A stretch of DNA of 63,187 bases, filler included, from Sphaeroforma arctica JP610 (taxonomy: Eukaryota): NCBI RefSeq assembly GCF_001186125.1. It is 3 parts of one record of this genome, joined end to end, with 100 filler letters (N's around TTAATTAATTAA, not from the genome) between each part and the next. Parts side by side here need not be neighbours in the genome. Positions count along the whole stretch, not along the records: positions 1 to 27,980 come from NW_014040544.1; 2 more parts are not named here. One strand, given 5' to 3'. The notes under the pieces were generated by a model. That model saw nothing but the letters and a program-made list of their open reading frames with translations, was not told the DNA's origin and did not search any database. The position numbers and the translations under genes are program-made. Positions within the stretch are counted from its first letter, which is position 1, and each line of letters begins with the position of its first letter. This document shows positions 1 through 13,501 of the stretch, in pieces.

Positions 1-2930
1 ATTTAAATAGACTAAATAAGTAAATGTAATAGCTACATATGTAAATGCGCAGATACAATGATTTCCTTTCGTAACCAATGACGTAGACCTCTCAATGATC
101 GTAGACTTCGTTGCTATTATCACCGCACCTGCAGAATATGACAACTACAATGTTTTATGTTTCAAGTGCTACTGCCGGTCATACATGATCCTTAGGATGT
201 CGAAACTCCAGGGCTGGTTGTTGCATTAACAGGGCTTTCTTTGTGTGCAATTGAGTGTTGTAGATATTAACGATGGCTCTTTTCTTATTCGGTGCATTAA
301 TACGAGAACACACCGACTCCAATCATTAATCTCCTTTAAAAAACAGAGGAAGGAAATTTCTCACAGATTGTAGCACTCGATGCTAGTGTTTATCAATTAG
401 ACCAATATTCAAAAAAGGTTTACTACTGCCCATATTCGAGTATAGTGTCTGTTCCCTGCTCTGTGAGACATCAATTAGCAAGTCTGCCGCTCTAGAATAA
501 AAATTTTTATCGTTTGAACCAAATTTGGCGGTTATCCGTCAACTCGTGATGGTCATGAAAAACAACTCGACAAAGAACTGGCGCAAAAGATAGTCAAACC
601 CAATAGGCCCTTCAAGTAAATTCCGCTGATCAGGCTTCAGTACTGGCATATGCGTACCATGACACCCGCTAGTCATTGATCGTAGAATCACATACGTCAA
701 CTGATACCCGTATAGAGTTGCTGATTCATCCTCTGATGTACTATGATGCCCAGGATAAAGCGGAGCCAGCCGGCTGCCTGTATTGTATAGTTGTCGAGGT
801 GTTCTTGGTTGGATACACAGACAGTCTTGTTTTATCGTATCTTTTTTTGTTCGGGATATTCCAACTTGGATAAGTAGGCTAATGATGCATGTTGGTATTC
901 AGTACCAACACGTGACGCCAATATTGTCACTACATAGACTTGAGAAAAGGACGCAAGTGGCATTCTCAAACTTCCTGTGCTAATCGGCAATTTTATGGGA
1001 TAGGTGAAGCCGAGATAAGGCCTCTATAACAAATTCAGTTGTTCAGAGACTCATGTTCATTGTCTCTGTTTGAAACTATTAATGCTCTGGTGGCAATCCT
1101 CATACCGATAAACTTTTCTTGATCCTTCACGCCTGATATACCAATCGATGCCCAATACTAATGGGAGACAACACATTCAAGTGAAGTCTTACTTATTATT
1201 TTGCAATCCAATAGAGCAAGGAATAATATTTTCTGCCGATTGGTGATGAATGCAGCGATAAGCAAGTCAATGTGCTTTGTAAAAATTTGTTCAGAAGTCC
1301 ATATATATATACAATGCAGACTCAGACAATTTAATCGATTCTCATGTAATACATCTAGAGCTAGAAATATTTCGGAACTCTGAAATACGTGAGAGCTTAT
1401 TTAATAAAATGGTCTTCTGAATGATATTCTGATGGTTCTTCTGGAACGTGTTCGGACAGAAAATTATATCGTAGTCCGTGGATATCTATATGCGACTTCT
1501 ATATGCAAAGGTATGCTTGACACGATAAGATATCCGTTTAAATTAAATTCGTATCGCAAGTATACATGATGTAGATAGTACACTGTTGTGCAAGTTAAAT
1601 TATAGACTTGAAACCCCTTTTGTCACGTTCGTTGATATTACATCTAATCCGGTACAATGTTCTTTGCGATATAGCTTTTAACCCTTTTGCGTCAAGGAAA
1701 GATATACATATAGTATATTTTATATGCTCTGTTCGTAGTGATTCGAGAGATGATCGATATGTGCACATGGGCGGCTGTCAAAATCAGAAGCCTTTCACAG
1801 CTCTGTGTATTTTGTTAATATAAGTATTCAATACAAAATAGGGGAAACTTGGGTCACACCAATGGACAGATGGTAATCATGTGTTTGAGAAGGCCGAACA
1901 AATCTGATCAAGTATAGTAGAGTATTGCTTAGCAGTGAGGAAACAAACCTTCAATTAGTGCGCTGAAGTATCTCTACATGCGGTATTGGAACTTATAGAG
2001 GTATGCATGGACTGCAAATGAAATTGTGTTTGTATGTACCAGATATGACATTTCATCTTCTCCAAGAAAGAAACATGCAATACGTAGATTGATAAAAAAC
2101 TCATCTTGATCAACGGTGATCATCAAAAATAGGTGTTTGTATATCGGGTCCAGTAGATCGATGCGACAAGAGACTTCGTTTCTACCTCGACACAAGGTAT
2201 CAAAATCTTGCAGAATACAGCCTACGCTACTAGTTTTTACATGCTGAAAGTGAGAGCGTTGATTGATCAAATACCGATTCAAGCTTAGCACATACGAAAT
2301 GTGATATAATATCAACACTTTGTGTAAGGCTAAATTTAATATGCATTTATATTTTTGTGAGGAACTCTGCCGTGGTTGACTATCGTTTATAACATTAACC
2401 TTCGAAACCCGGCGACTACCAGCTCTGGTGATCGAAGCCTGAACATTGAAAATACTTTGAATGGGTCACATTCCATAGCTTCGAAACCCTACTCGATTTG
2501 CACACAAATCTCGTATCGCCGGTTTGTAAGAAGAAATTTTCATTCATATTTCGGATGTATTTATTCCCAGGGCGAGTATTGCCACCAGAGAAGCATGTTA
2601 AACCCCTAAACCCTAAATTATCAGCCACCTCTCAAGGTCACCACAGAAGCATGGATGTAAAATAAAGCGGACTGGCAGTGCGCAATGGCATTCCCCGACT
2701 ACGAACCAACAGTGACGTCTGTACATCGGTATCTAACACCTAGCTACCAGTATTCGTCGGTCCCGAGGGAGGTCTCGTCAGCTGCTTCAAAAAAAGTCGA
2801 TTATAGAAACGAACGTGCCTATAGCAACCCTCGCTGGTCCCACATCAGCGACTTCCGCTGATTGAACATTTGTCTAGGCACTATCATAGATATTTGTGTA
2901 CCTCTAAGACCATGTGCTGCCTTATGGTCC

Positions 2931-3005
2931 GTGTTCATAGCTCGCATACAGCGCGGTGTTCATAGCTCGCATACAGCGCGGTGTTCATAGCTCGCATACA
3001 GCGCG
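2931..3005. repeat. Perfect 25-bp tandem repeat x3 (GTGTTCATAGCTCGCATACAGCGCG)
   Basis: Identical units at 2931-2955, 2956-2980 and 2981-3005, just upstream of the copia remnant. Confidence 0.97.
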
Positions 3006-3051
3006 ATGTGTATATCATATACAACACTGTGTCTAATACATTTCTCCGTCA

Positions 3052-6010
3052 TTGTCAGACGGCTGGGTTTATACCTTTGTGGCACTCGTGGGCCCTCTTC
3101 GTTCAACAGTCACCCCCAATGACAGTCTTCAAACTGCCATCACCTACGCCAGAGCTCATCCCGAGTTCTCCAAACACTGTCCTGTATGCCAGGAGGAGAG
3201 ACTCAAGAGCAACCCGGTAAAGTATGCGATCTCTGACTCGATTTTTTGGACCGGCCGAGCAGTTCTAGTCGACCTCCAAGGTCCCATATCCAAGGATCGC
3301 GATACCTTAAACATTATCTGCGATGGGACCCGATATGGTGTTCACTCCACTCTTCCTGATAAAGTGCATATTCCTAAGACTCTTCTGGCTCTCCTCGTCT
3401 AGATCCCTGCACATTACAGCCCTCGAACCATGTTTGAGCCAGCAGACGCGCGACATGTTCCTCGCTCGCGGGATGGCCCTTCGCAATTCCCCAGCCAACA
3501 CGCTGCAACTTAACGGCAAAATCGAAAGCTCCATCCACACTAAGGTAACTACACTATTGTTGATCGACTCCCTTCAGCCTGTCGCTCTCTGGGCGGACAC
3601 CATAGCTCATGCGGATACGATTCGTAATGAGAATTCAGATGCCAACGAACATATCCATTCTCTTCCGATAAGTGGCATGGTGCCACTGTCCCACGTTTCC
3701 CAGACGCACGCTACGGATGCGTGGTCATGTTCAAACTCTCGGGTACAACTGCCAACACTGCGCATAAGTATTGTTCCCTTGCTAGCTTTGGCGTTTTTCT
3801 CGGCCGTGAACCTCATTGTACCCCTGACACCTGAAAGATACAAAACTTTGCAACGCAATGTTAACTCTATTCCAGGGATGTCAAGTGCCTCCCTGATGAA
3901 CTTCCCCAATGGAACGCTTCCGGAAAACGTTGCACGCGTTCCACAAATCCTTCGGGCTACGTCATCCCTACAGAGTGGTATAATTTTGATTCTTCCCTCA
4001 CTGCGTCAGTGCCCCATGTTCCAACCATTCCTCCGGCTGTTGCCACACCTCCACCTATTCCCGTCGTCGATGCGTCCTCCTCTACGTCCCCACAAGGTGT
4101 AACAACTCCCGCATCTAAACCATTTTCCGCCTCGGCCTCTACTTCTCAGCCCCCTACTTCATATGTCTCCCAACTTCCAGCTCCTCCCACACAGTCGCCT
4201 GCTCCACGAGACATAGCTACTCCTCGATATCCGTCCCAACCTCATCTTACGACGACGCCCGGTTGTACATTCTCTCCCATCGGCATTTGCTACGACAGTG
4301 AACAACGATCACTTCCAGTATACGACGCCCCCTGGCCTCATCACCAACTTCCAGACGTATCTTGAAGATCGTCGTCGTCAACGTATGCAACCTACACTTG
4401 CTAATCAACCTTCACCTGAGTCACCCCCTCATGTTCCCGCGGATGCCATGTCATATACGGTATACGATGGTTTAAAATAATCCGGGCAGGGTAATTCCTC
4501 CGGTAGTCATTCCTCTGTCACTATACTTGATGACGATAATATCTAGCCGCATGACATTTCTCCACCTTCGTCACCGTCCTTCGATGATGATATCAACAAC
4601 CCTTAAGATTTGAGCGACTACATCGCCGACTTCGATTTTCCAAACTCAGCTCCTCCTCATGTTCGCTTTGCATCCCCTGATGACCTCACTGTCATCACAC
4701 CACTCGAACTCTTGTCCCTACTCGACACTTCCCTCCCCCGGAGTGTTAAACAGGCATAGAAATCATCTGCATGGCCACAGTGGCAGGCGGCCATTGTCAA
4801 GGGTTTAGAACGATCTCGCTGACGTGATTTCCATGACGTCTGTTCCGTCCAACACGCGCATCATATCAGGATATTCTCCGTACCTTCATGGCACGTGCGG
4901 CTCGCCTAGGACTCGATGTGTTCCACTTCGATGTGGACACTGCTTACCTCTACTCAAAGCTTGAATGTTACCGTGTACATGCATCCCCCGGCAGGTAGCG
5001 TTGAATCCGGTAGCTACCCACCTGGCCACGTTCTGAAACTCAAACAGGGCCTGTACGGCTTCCGTCAAGCCGGCCACCTCGGAACATAAATAGATATCGC
5101 CACTAAACTCTCTCACCTACGCTTCCAACGCACTGCTGCCGACGAATCTCTTTGGTACCATGATGGATTTAAAATTCTTCATATGATTTACGTTGATAAA
5201 ATTGTGCCTGCAGCTGCCCATTTTTCCCGAATGAAGCTCTGGTTCTTTCGCGCCTTAAGCTTCCATTATTCAATGAAAAATAGAGTTTGGCTAGGCACAT
5301 CGTCGGATTTCGGATCCGTCTATATTCTGAATCTATCACCCTCGTCCAAATCGCATATATCGAGCACATGCTCGCCAGCTTCAACAAGATTGACGCCCTC
5401 CCTAAATATACGCCGGGTATTGGTGTTCACCCCGCATCACTCGACGCCCCATCTTATAACGTGCTTTGCAGCCAATATGACGCGTGTTGACATTGCGGCC
5501 TGTTTGCATCAGCTCGCGACATTTTCGGCCGCTCCTAACGAACCACACTATAAGGCACTCACCTGCATACTCCAGTACCTCTCTGCTACTCGTCAATATG
5601 CTTTAGTTCACACTAATCAAACTGCTGACGAACCGCTCGTTGCCTACACCGGTAGTGACTAGTGGGGCTGCAATCCGATACGGTTCTCTGCTTTAATGGG
5701 ACTCCAGTCTTCTGGAACTTTCAAACGCAGGAAACCACGGCCCTCAGCTCTACAGAGGTTGAATACGTCGCCTTATCTGAATCCGCACGCAGCATTGCCT
5801 TGTACGCAATATGCTGGTCGCCATGCGCATTCCTCGCAAGCACCCAGCTATCCTCTGGGATGCAATCCTCTATCAAATAGCTTTGGGTACAGGGACCCCC
5901 AGGGGGCTGAAACACATCGCGATCCGTTATCACTATGTCCGCGATTTTAGGGTTTGAATCTTTTCGCGACCAGCTTCTGAAAAACACGCGTGCTTAGTTT
6001 CCGGGGGAGG
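3052..6010 (+). mobile_element. Degenerate Ty1/copia LTR retrotransposon pol remnant (integrase - RT - RNase H), 5' truncated
   Basis: Motifs occur in copia order across broken frames. Integrase Zn-binding part and core: HCPVCQEERLK, VDLQGPI, LWADTIAHADTIRN. RT: LKLKQGLYGFRQAG (~5030-5075), IYVDKI. Connection/RNase H: TRVDIAACLHQLATFSAAPNEPHYKALTCILQYL, LVAYTGSD, QETTALSSTEVEYVALSE, KHIAIRYHYVRD (~5910-5945). Purine tract GGGGGAGG at ~6003-6010. Many stops and frameshifts. Confidence 0.9.
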
Positions 6011-6258
6011 TTTTAAGCGTAACATGATGTCAACTTAGTTCCAACAAACCTAAACCGGGGGTTTCCCCTGTATACTTGTTTGTTCATAGCTACATCAGTA
6101 TTTACCATAGTTACTGAACACTACAAGAACTTTGCACATATGTATACACTTTTAATTATAAATAGAAACGCAAACATAAATAGAAGCACAGTTGTTCTAA
6201 GTAAATTTCGAATAGACCTATTATATTCTCTGATACAATAATTTCCCAGGTCTAAACA
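6011..6258 (+). repeat. Candidate 3' LTR of the copia remnant
   Basis: Begins immediately after the polypurine tract (TTTTAAG, possibly a mutated TG start), is AT-rich with TATAAATA, and has a plausible ...TCTAAACA end at 6258. No 5' LTR copy is seen in the window, so the boundaries are inferred. Confidence 0.4.
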
Positions 6259-6442
6259 TGATGTTACTGGCCACGTATTCACCAACAATACAGACTAACG
6301 CTACAATATGTATCAGTGACGACTGAGTGTGTATTGCGATATATCTTAGACGGATCGCTAGCACTGACTTGAAATTTTCTTCAGTTTGTAAAACGCTTGC
6401 ACGTGAAGTGTAAGAATACTTGTACAGCAGTCCCGAGTGTGT

Positions 6443-7647
6443 TCGGGTATTACCGTATGTGTTATAGACTACTTAGTTTTTTTATGGATTTATATCGTTC
6501 ACATCAGCAACGTCCCCAAAGAACCAGATGGCTGCATCCTGATGAATATGAAATCATTTTCAAGTCCACTTTATCACACAGAAGAAATGGAGAACTATAG
6601 TGGTGCAAACAACTTCCTATATATCCAGAAGTTCAGTGTCAGTATCTTGAAACATGAATCGGACATGAACAAAAAAATATGCGAAGAAAAGTTTGGAATG
6701 GTGTGTAGGGCACTGTCGTGTAAATACCGTGGAATGAAAAGTATCAGCTATCGGATTGTTACCGTGTATGTTACAGACTCTTTTGATTTTTTTTAATGTA
6801 TATATTTTGTTCGCAACGGTTACGTTTCCAACGTATCAGATGGGCTGTATCCTGGTGAATATGAAACCATTTCAAGTCCACTTTATCACACAGAACGAAT
6901 GGATAACTACAGTGGTGCAAACAACTTATTAAATAACTATATTGAAATATGAATCGTATATGAACTAAAAAAATGCGATAAAAAAAGTTTGGAATGGTGT
7001 GCAAGGCACTGTCATGTAAAAACAGTGGAATGAAAATTATCAGCCACCGGGGTTTTACTGTATATGTTACAGACTTTTTTAATTTTTTTATGTATTTATT
7101 TTATTCGCAACGGATACATTTCCAACGTATCAGATGGACTGTATCCTGGTGAATATGAAACCATTTTCAAGTCCACTTTATCACATAGAATGAATGGATA
7201 ACTACAGTGGTGCAAACAACTTATTAATAATCCAGAAGTTCAGAGTCAGTATATTGAAACATGAATCGGACATGAACAAAAACACGCGAAGAAAAGTTTG
7301 GAATGGTGTGCAGGGCACTGTCGTATAAATACCGTGGAATGAAAGTATCAGCCATCGGGGTGTTGCCGTATATGTTATAGACCATTTAGTTTTTATGGAT
7401 ATATACCGTTCACAACAGCAACGTCCCCAAATCATCAGGTGGGCTGTATCCAGGTAAATATTTTCAAGTCCACTTCATCACACAGAAGGAATAGAGAACT
7501 GTAGTAATACAAACAACTTCTCATATATTCAGAAGTTCAAAGTCAATATTTCGAAACCTGAATCGGATACGAACAAAAAAAAGTGAAGAAAGATTGAATG
7601 CAAGGCACTGTCGCGTAAATACAGCGGAACGAGATTATCAGCCACCG
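6443..7647. repeat. Diverged tandem array of ~300-bp units (~4 copies)
   Basis: Anchor GTCCACTT(T/C)ATCACA recurs at ~6564, 6876, 7171 and 7468; variants of GGTGCAAACAACTT, GAATCG(G/T)A and GGCACTGTC recur with the same period. Confidence 0.93.
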
Positions 7648-8697
7648 GTACAGTATAGAGATGCTCACGGTTTCCGTACCCAATAGTCTGCTGCATAGCT
7701 TGAAGTATGCTACTTGTTTGTTCTCTGTAATGGTTTTTTTTCCAAACACTTACTTGCAGCATCTATTCGAGCAAAAGAGACAGCGCTGCACCCAGACTAT
7801 TTGCACGGTACATCAATCTACATACCAACATCCAATTGGCTATGTTCAACGACACACAGAGCCTTTATCTATGTATTTTATCTGTGTATCATTGGGGGCA
7901 TATATAGAAACTTGACAGGTGCAAACAATTAAATTACGTGGACACGTGGCCAAAAGAAGAGGTAGGATAGTCCGTCGCCATTTATGCAATAGCAGAGCAT
8001 TCGAAGTAATTTGCGGCCTATTAAAAAAATATGCATGTATCTCACAACATTGCATCTGCATATTGATGTCTCAGATATGAGTCTGATATGGTGAGATAAA
8101 TACACTGGCAGCAACCACATTTCTCACAATATATGCATAATGAGGTATAAACTATAGCACAGCTGGCACGGTCACCGCTCTCTAGTATCTCTGTATACAG
8201 CATACTTGCGCGAGATGTCGGCGTATTCTCGCCTCAGTACCTCTGAGTGTGGCAGAGGTAGAAATATAACTCTATAGTTATACTGTGTGACTGCATTCAA
8301 CACCGGTTAAGTAGCATACACAAAGGATACATACAGCTAAATAGGTTGCATACCAGATTGATTGACAGTAAGAATAGCGCTCGCAGAATATGACCACTTA
8401 ATACTAATAGTGTACAGTAAAATGCTATTACCTACAAACCTATTACATCAACTACATAAAGAATTAATCAAGGTATTGCCGAGAACTCCACAGCATCAGG
8501 AGTCCTCACTTCTTCAAGAGCAACATTGAATTTTAGACACCTTTTAAATTTAAACAAAAGTCATTCTTGCTTAGATGTAGATATTTGTCTGAGCTTGCAT
8601 CTGTTTCAAATTATCATCAAAGTATCCGGGTATGCGAAGGTAATAATTATCGATGACAGATATTATGCAGAAAGCATTTTGAAGTTTATGATAATGT

Positions 8698-9490
8698 TCC
8701 TATCATAAATGAATAGGCGACTTAGTTTGATTAAATCACGCTGCAGAACAAATACACAAAGGACCAAGTACGTGAGTGATGACACATGTATTGGCATATA
8801 ATGAGCTTATCAATAAATAGTGCGCGTCATCAGGTTGGCATCGCGCCCTATGATAGAATGCGACATGTGAGTTAACAGACAAAATATGATTTAGATACGT
8901 AGAACTGGAAGATAGTGTGGCTTTCAAATATCGACACGCACCGCGCGAATAGCGTCATCACACGCTCACGAAACTCGTAGTTGTTTGAAATTAATAAAGG
9001 CGACGTGGGAATGAACACACCAAACATACTTTCGATATGTAAAAATAAGTATCGATGAGAGAAAACATATGATGAAGAAAGTAATTTTTAGTTTGCAGAT
9101 TGTTTCTATCATAAATGAATAGGCGGCTTACTTTGACTGAATCACGCCGCAGAACGAATACACAGAGAATCAAGTACATGAGTGATGACACACATGTCCT
9201 CTAATAGGCTTATCAATATGCAGTCCGCATCATCATTTTGGTATCGCGCCCTACGATACAGACAAATCATGATTTAGATCAGTATAACTATAAGATGACG
9301 TAGCCTTTAAATATTTACACAGCACGAACAGTGCCATCTCGCTCTCACAAATTTTGTACTTGTTGAAGGATGCGACGTGAGAATGAACACACCAGACATC
9401 CTATAGTTATGTAGAAATGTAAAATGATGTAGTTTTTAAATATTCACATGCACCGTACAAACGATGGCATCTCATAAAATGTGTAGTTGG
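8698..9490. repeat. Diverged ~406-bp tandem duplication plus partial third copy
   Basis: CTATCATAAATGAATAGGCG...GAGTGATGACAC...ATCGCGCCCTA occurs at ~8700 and ~9106, with a partial further copy at ~9425-9490. Confidence 0.85.
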
Positions 9491-10292
9491 AATAGAAATA
9501 ATACAGTACAAAGATTAGGCGTATCAGCTACAAGTAACTAGAAATCATACTTCGAAAGAAAGAAGAAGAAAAACAGGTGGTGTTTGTAATATTCAACTCT
9601 GAATCCACTTCTGAAATAGCTCATTTTCAGATTTTGATGGGAATTTAAACTAGTGTAGGGATTGATATGTAGAAACGGGTAACCATATCGATATGACTAG
9701 ACGTAGAGCAGAGAGATACGATTCGAAAATGTTGAGTACCTCTCCAGGACCTCTTCATTGTGATTCAATTGGGCCAGTGTCAAGGATGAATGCCCCTTCT
9801 CGGTTGTATGCACACCGATCGGCGGTACAGTCTGCGAACTGTACTATTTTTTTTTCGAAACTTGATTGTAGTCCAACTATCGAGGGAAAGATCAGCAAGA
9901 CAAAGTTCATCTATTTTAGTCCTTATGACATAAAAATGTTTGAACAGCTTCCTGGTTTTTATCAGTAAATTCAAAAAGAGAATACCAATCAACACAAGAA
10001 GATTACATTAAGCAAGAAGCACAAGATAGTGTGAAACACCTCATTGAAAACTTTGATACGGTGATGGCTACTGGCTCGTATTCACTTGCTGATCCACATC
10101 ACTAATTATACCATCAATCAGTCATTACAGTTAACTGCACAACATAATCCAGCTGCGTGTGATAATTCTTTCACTGTTACTCAACAGCTGTACTTCTCCT
10201 TATAGTTAAGAACTAAACTTTGTCAAAGCGAATTAATAGACGTACAGAACGGACACCCGAATACAAATGTTGTTATTTATAAATAGACCAGC

Positions 10293-10727
10293 GCGTGTAC
10301 CCGATTCTATTGATTCTTATATTGTTGTTGATATTGAGCGTGTACATACGGATTCATAAGAATTAACACAATAAATGACTTCGCACAGTATAATATTGCT
10401 CCGATGGTTTCGTGTACACATATGCCCTAAATGATATCCAGAAATCATCAAGCATATCTGAAAAGGAATGGTATGCTTGACCACCTTCGAGCGTACCCGA
10501 TTCTAGTGATTCTTATATCGTGTTGAAATTGAGCCTGTTCATACGGATCCATAAGAACCAACACAATACGTCGAGATATTAGTCAATGCATGTCGCTAGA
10601 AATAAATGTCTGAAAATGACTTCGCACAGTAAAATATTGCTCCGATAGTTTCGTGTACACATTTGCCCTAAATCGTAACCAGAAAGCATCAAGCATATCA
10701 GAAAAGGAATGGTATACTTGATCACTT
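10293..10727. repeat. Diverged ~200-bp tandem duplication; second copy carries an ~45-bp insertion
   Basis: GTACCCGATTCTA...AATGACTTCGCACAGTA...GAAAAGGAATGGTAT occurs at ~10297 and ~10493. Confidence 0.9.
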
Positions 10728-12835
10728 CGGACTCTTCATTGATGGTCCTCTTTCACTCAATATGCTACATGTATAGTGAGTTCTAGTTCTGTAAATTGGA
10801 ACAGGAACTCTTATCAGTTTACGGGCAGAAAAAAGGTTTAGACAGCAAGGATGGCATTCCTGCGCATATATATGAGCATATGAATCGCCTGTCTGAAGAT
10901 GTATAGGTGAGCTAAATACGTGCAACAGCTTACAATCGAATGCAGCGCAATGTCCATTTGATTAAGCACCTCATAAGGAATATCACCGAAATAAAAACAA
11001 CATTATGTTTAATAGATTTTAACATACTCATTGCAAACCGACCGTAGCGCACCAGCTTTTGACTGAATTATTTATCATGTGAGTGAATCCGAGAATTGAC
11101 ATGGATGACTACAAACGTCACGATATGGTAAAAAAAATCAGTAGGTATGCCAATAGTTCATAGTTGAGTTGTTCTAAATTCTTGTCAATCTCGTGAAACG
11201 TTACAAATATACATGTATGGCATAACACTTGAAAATTATCGTATTTGGATCTCATGACGTGGGAGACGATGAAGTTATACAGCCCATCTACTGTGGTTGG
11301 TGTAGGCCAGCCTGTTACACTTCAATAAAATACTCATCCCCGGGTGTTTATATTGAATACGAAAACAGCTTGACCGGGAGCCCTTGGTTGTTTACGGAGG
11401 AGGCACGATCTAGATATCATTTTTCTTGAAGCGCATAAAAATTTCGCATTATTGTTAGAGATACGAGAACACTTATAGTGCTAAGAGGAGTATATCCCGT
11501 ATGTGCTTTATATAGCCATAAGTATGTTCAAATCAATGCACAGAATATTAATTTCTTAAATTTCCACGCCATCTGCAGTCAAGTTTAGATTATATGCAAA
11601 TATTTCATCAATATATAAAGACGCTGGTAGTTGTGTATTCTGCGTACCAAAACTCCCCATTCGGTTCTTTTCTAGAGAAAATGTTTCCGCTGACTGAGAG
11701 CTTTAAGATCTGTGTATATATGGAGTCTCATTCTATATACCATCGATGAAATGTGTAGATTATCTCTATAGTTGTTTGATTCTGCTCTTGTCTGGTTTAA
11801 ACGTATGAAAGTAGCGGAATATAGACTATTTAAAACTATGCAAACGGCAGTCATTTTGCTTTTTGGGTGGAGATGTCAGTTTTCATAATCATCTGAAGTT
11901 TGTATAATCATCTGAAGCATCAAAGCTATTCAATTTTACGTGCATTTGTGTGGCACCTATGTATATTTAGCAGTCAATCATATGATTTTCCAAACTCCAT
12001 ACACATACAATTTCAGACGCTATAGTAGTATGGTTGGTACATATATCCACCATTCGTTCGTATCGTACGAGGTAGATTGATCTGATAAGTTACTATCTCG
12101 CCAGAAACTTGGCATAGGGCCATTTCTTTAATTTTCAATTGCAATAAAAAGTTCTGTCAACTCGTCTTGCGACAAGATAACGGTCGATTCCTAGCAGTTG
12201 TATTGTTCAATAGATAGCAAACAATCATTAATCACTTGCAAGCATATCTGTATATTATTGTAAAGCAAGGCAGAACCATTTTTCCAACAAACCACACAGG
12301 CGCACTAAAAAAGAGTTCACTTCGAACATGACAATTCATATATTATAATACACAGTAGCATTTACTACCTACGCAGTATACAATCAGGTTGCAAGTTAAC
12401 GTCAGCTCAATACGACGCTATGCGGTACACATATTCCGTTGTAATATAAACTTAGGCTAATACGACTCCACTGCCGGGACATACTCACTTACGATTGGAA
12501 TCGTAACAGCTGTGCAATCATCAACTTTTAAGTCATTATCACTGATCAAGTGCACTATTTATCATAGACTAAAATATATTGTCTTCACTAGTAGATATGC
12601 CAGTTTTAAACTCTATCGATTTGGTTTGCTTATTTAACTATAGGTTATAGTAGCTTGGATAGTTAGTATACTACCCAACGTTACAATGGCCTCAATTCTG
12701 GGCTGCCCACGCACAACAATATGTGATGCGCTCATTCTGGCACGCAGGTTTTAAAGCAAATGCGCGATTTAAGGGCCAACCTTTATCGTGCATGGTCACA
12801 GTATGTAACCCTGGCCATATGAGTGAAACAATCAT

Positions 12836-13141
12836 GCGTCTACACCATGCACCTCACTAGCACAAACATGTTTATTCGACCTTCTTTTGCTGAAGGTACC
12901 GTGCCTTGTGATTTCATCGCAATTTCGGACATCTTAGTTATATCTTCTGGCAACTAAGCTCGGGCCACTAACCCTCGAATCGACCGTAGCGTCTACACCA
13001 TGCACCTCACTAGCACAAACATGTTTATTCGACCTTCTCTTGCTGAAGGTACCGTGCCTTGTGATTTCATCGCAATTTCGGACATCTTAGTTATATCTTC
13101 TGGCAACTAAGCTCGAGCCCCTAACCCTCGAATCGACCGTA
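12836..13141. repeat. Near-perfect 153-bp tandem duplication
   Basis: Units 12836-12988 and 12989-13141 (GCGTCTACACCATGCACCTC...GAATCGACCGTA) differ at about 3 positions. Confidence 0.96.
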
Positions 13142-13248
13142 GTTACACATACTTATTTTCCGAGTACCCAGAACTTGCCGCACATGATACCTATACTGAA
13201 GCTGGCTACTCATATTCCGGATTAGGTGCCAGCCATATCGGCGGCATT

Positions 13249-13501
13249 GGGGGGGGGGGGGGGGGGGTGGGGTTAGTAAGTATCGAACGAAAGTATTATT
13301 ATAGTAACAATAATTAGTAACGAAACGTAAACTAACGGTAAGTAGTAGAGGAAGTACTGTGTACTACCTAACCTNNNNNNNNNNNNNNNNNNNNGTACGT
13401 ACGTACGTACGTACGTACGTACGGTACGTACGTACGGTACGTACGTACGTACGTACGGTACGGTCGTAGTGNGGGGGGNGNGNGGGGGGGGGGGGGGTGG
13501 G
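13249..13501. other. Probable pyrosequencing/assembly artefact around a poly-G tract
   Basis: Order is poly-G, then a garbled copy (13273-13374) of the clean sequence at 13502-13585, Ns, (GTAC)n matching the 454 TACG flow cycle, and a second poly-G. Confidence 0.8.

Noticed and set aside
1974..2318. 114-aa minus ORF with RIDLL...ITVDQDE as a PD-(D/E)xK-like nuclease
   Set aside because: The resemblance is too weak to support without a profile search.
2931..3005. 25-bp repeats as a CRISPR array
   Set aside because: There are no spacers and no cas genes, and the context is eukaryotic; it is a simple tandem repeat.
13273..13470. (GTAC)n palindromic repeat and apparent diverged duplication of 13502-13585
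   Set aside because: It follows a long poly-G, matches the 454 TACG flow cycle and contains Ns; best explained as read dephasing, not biology.
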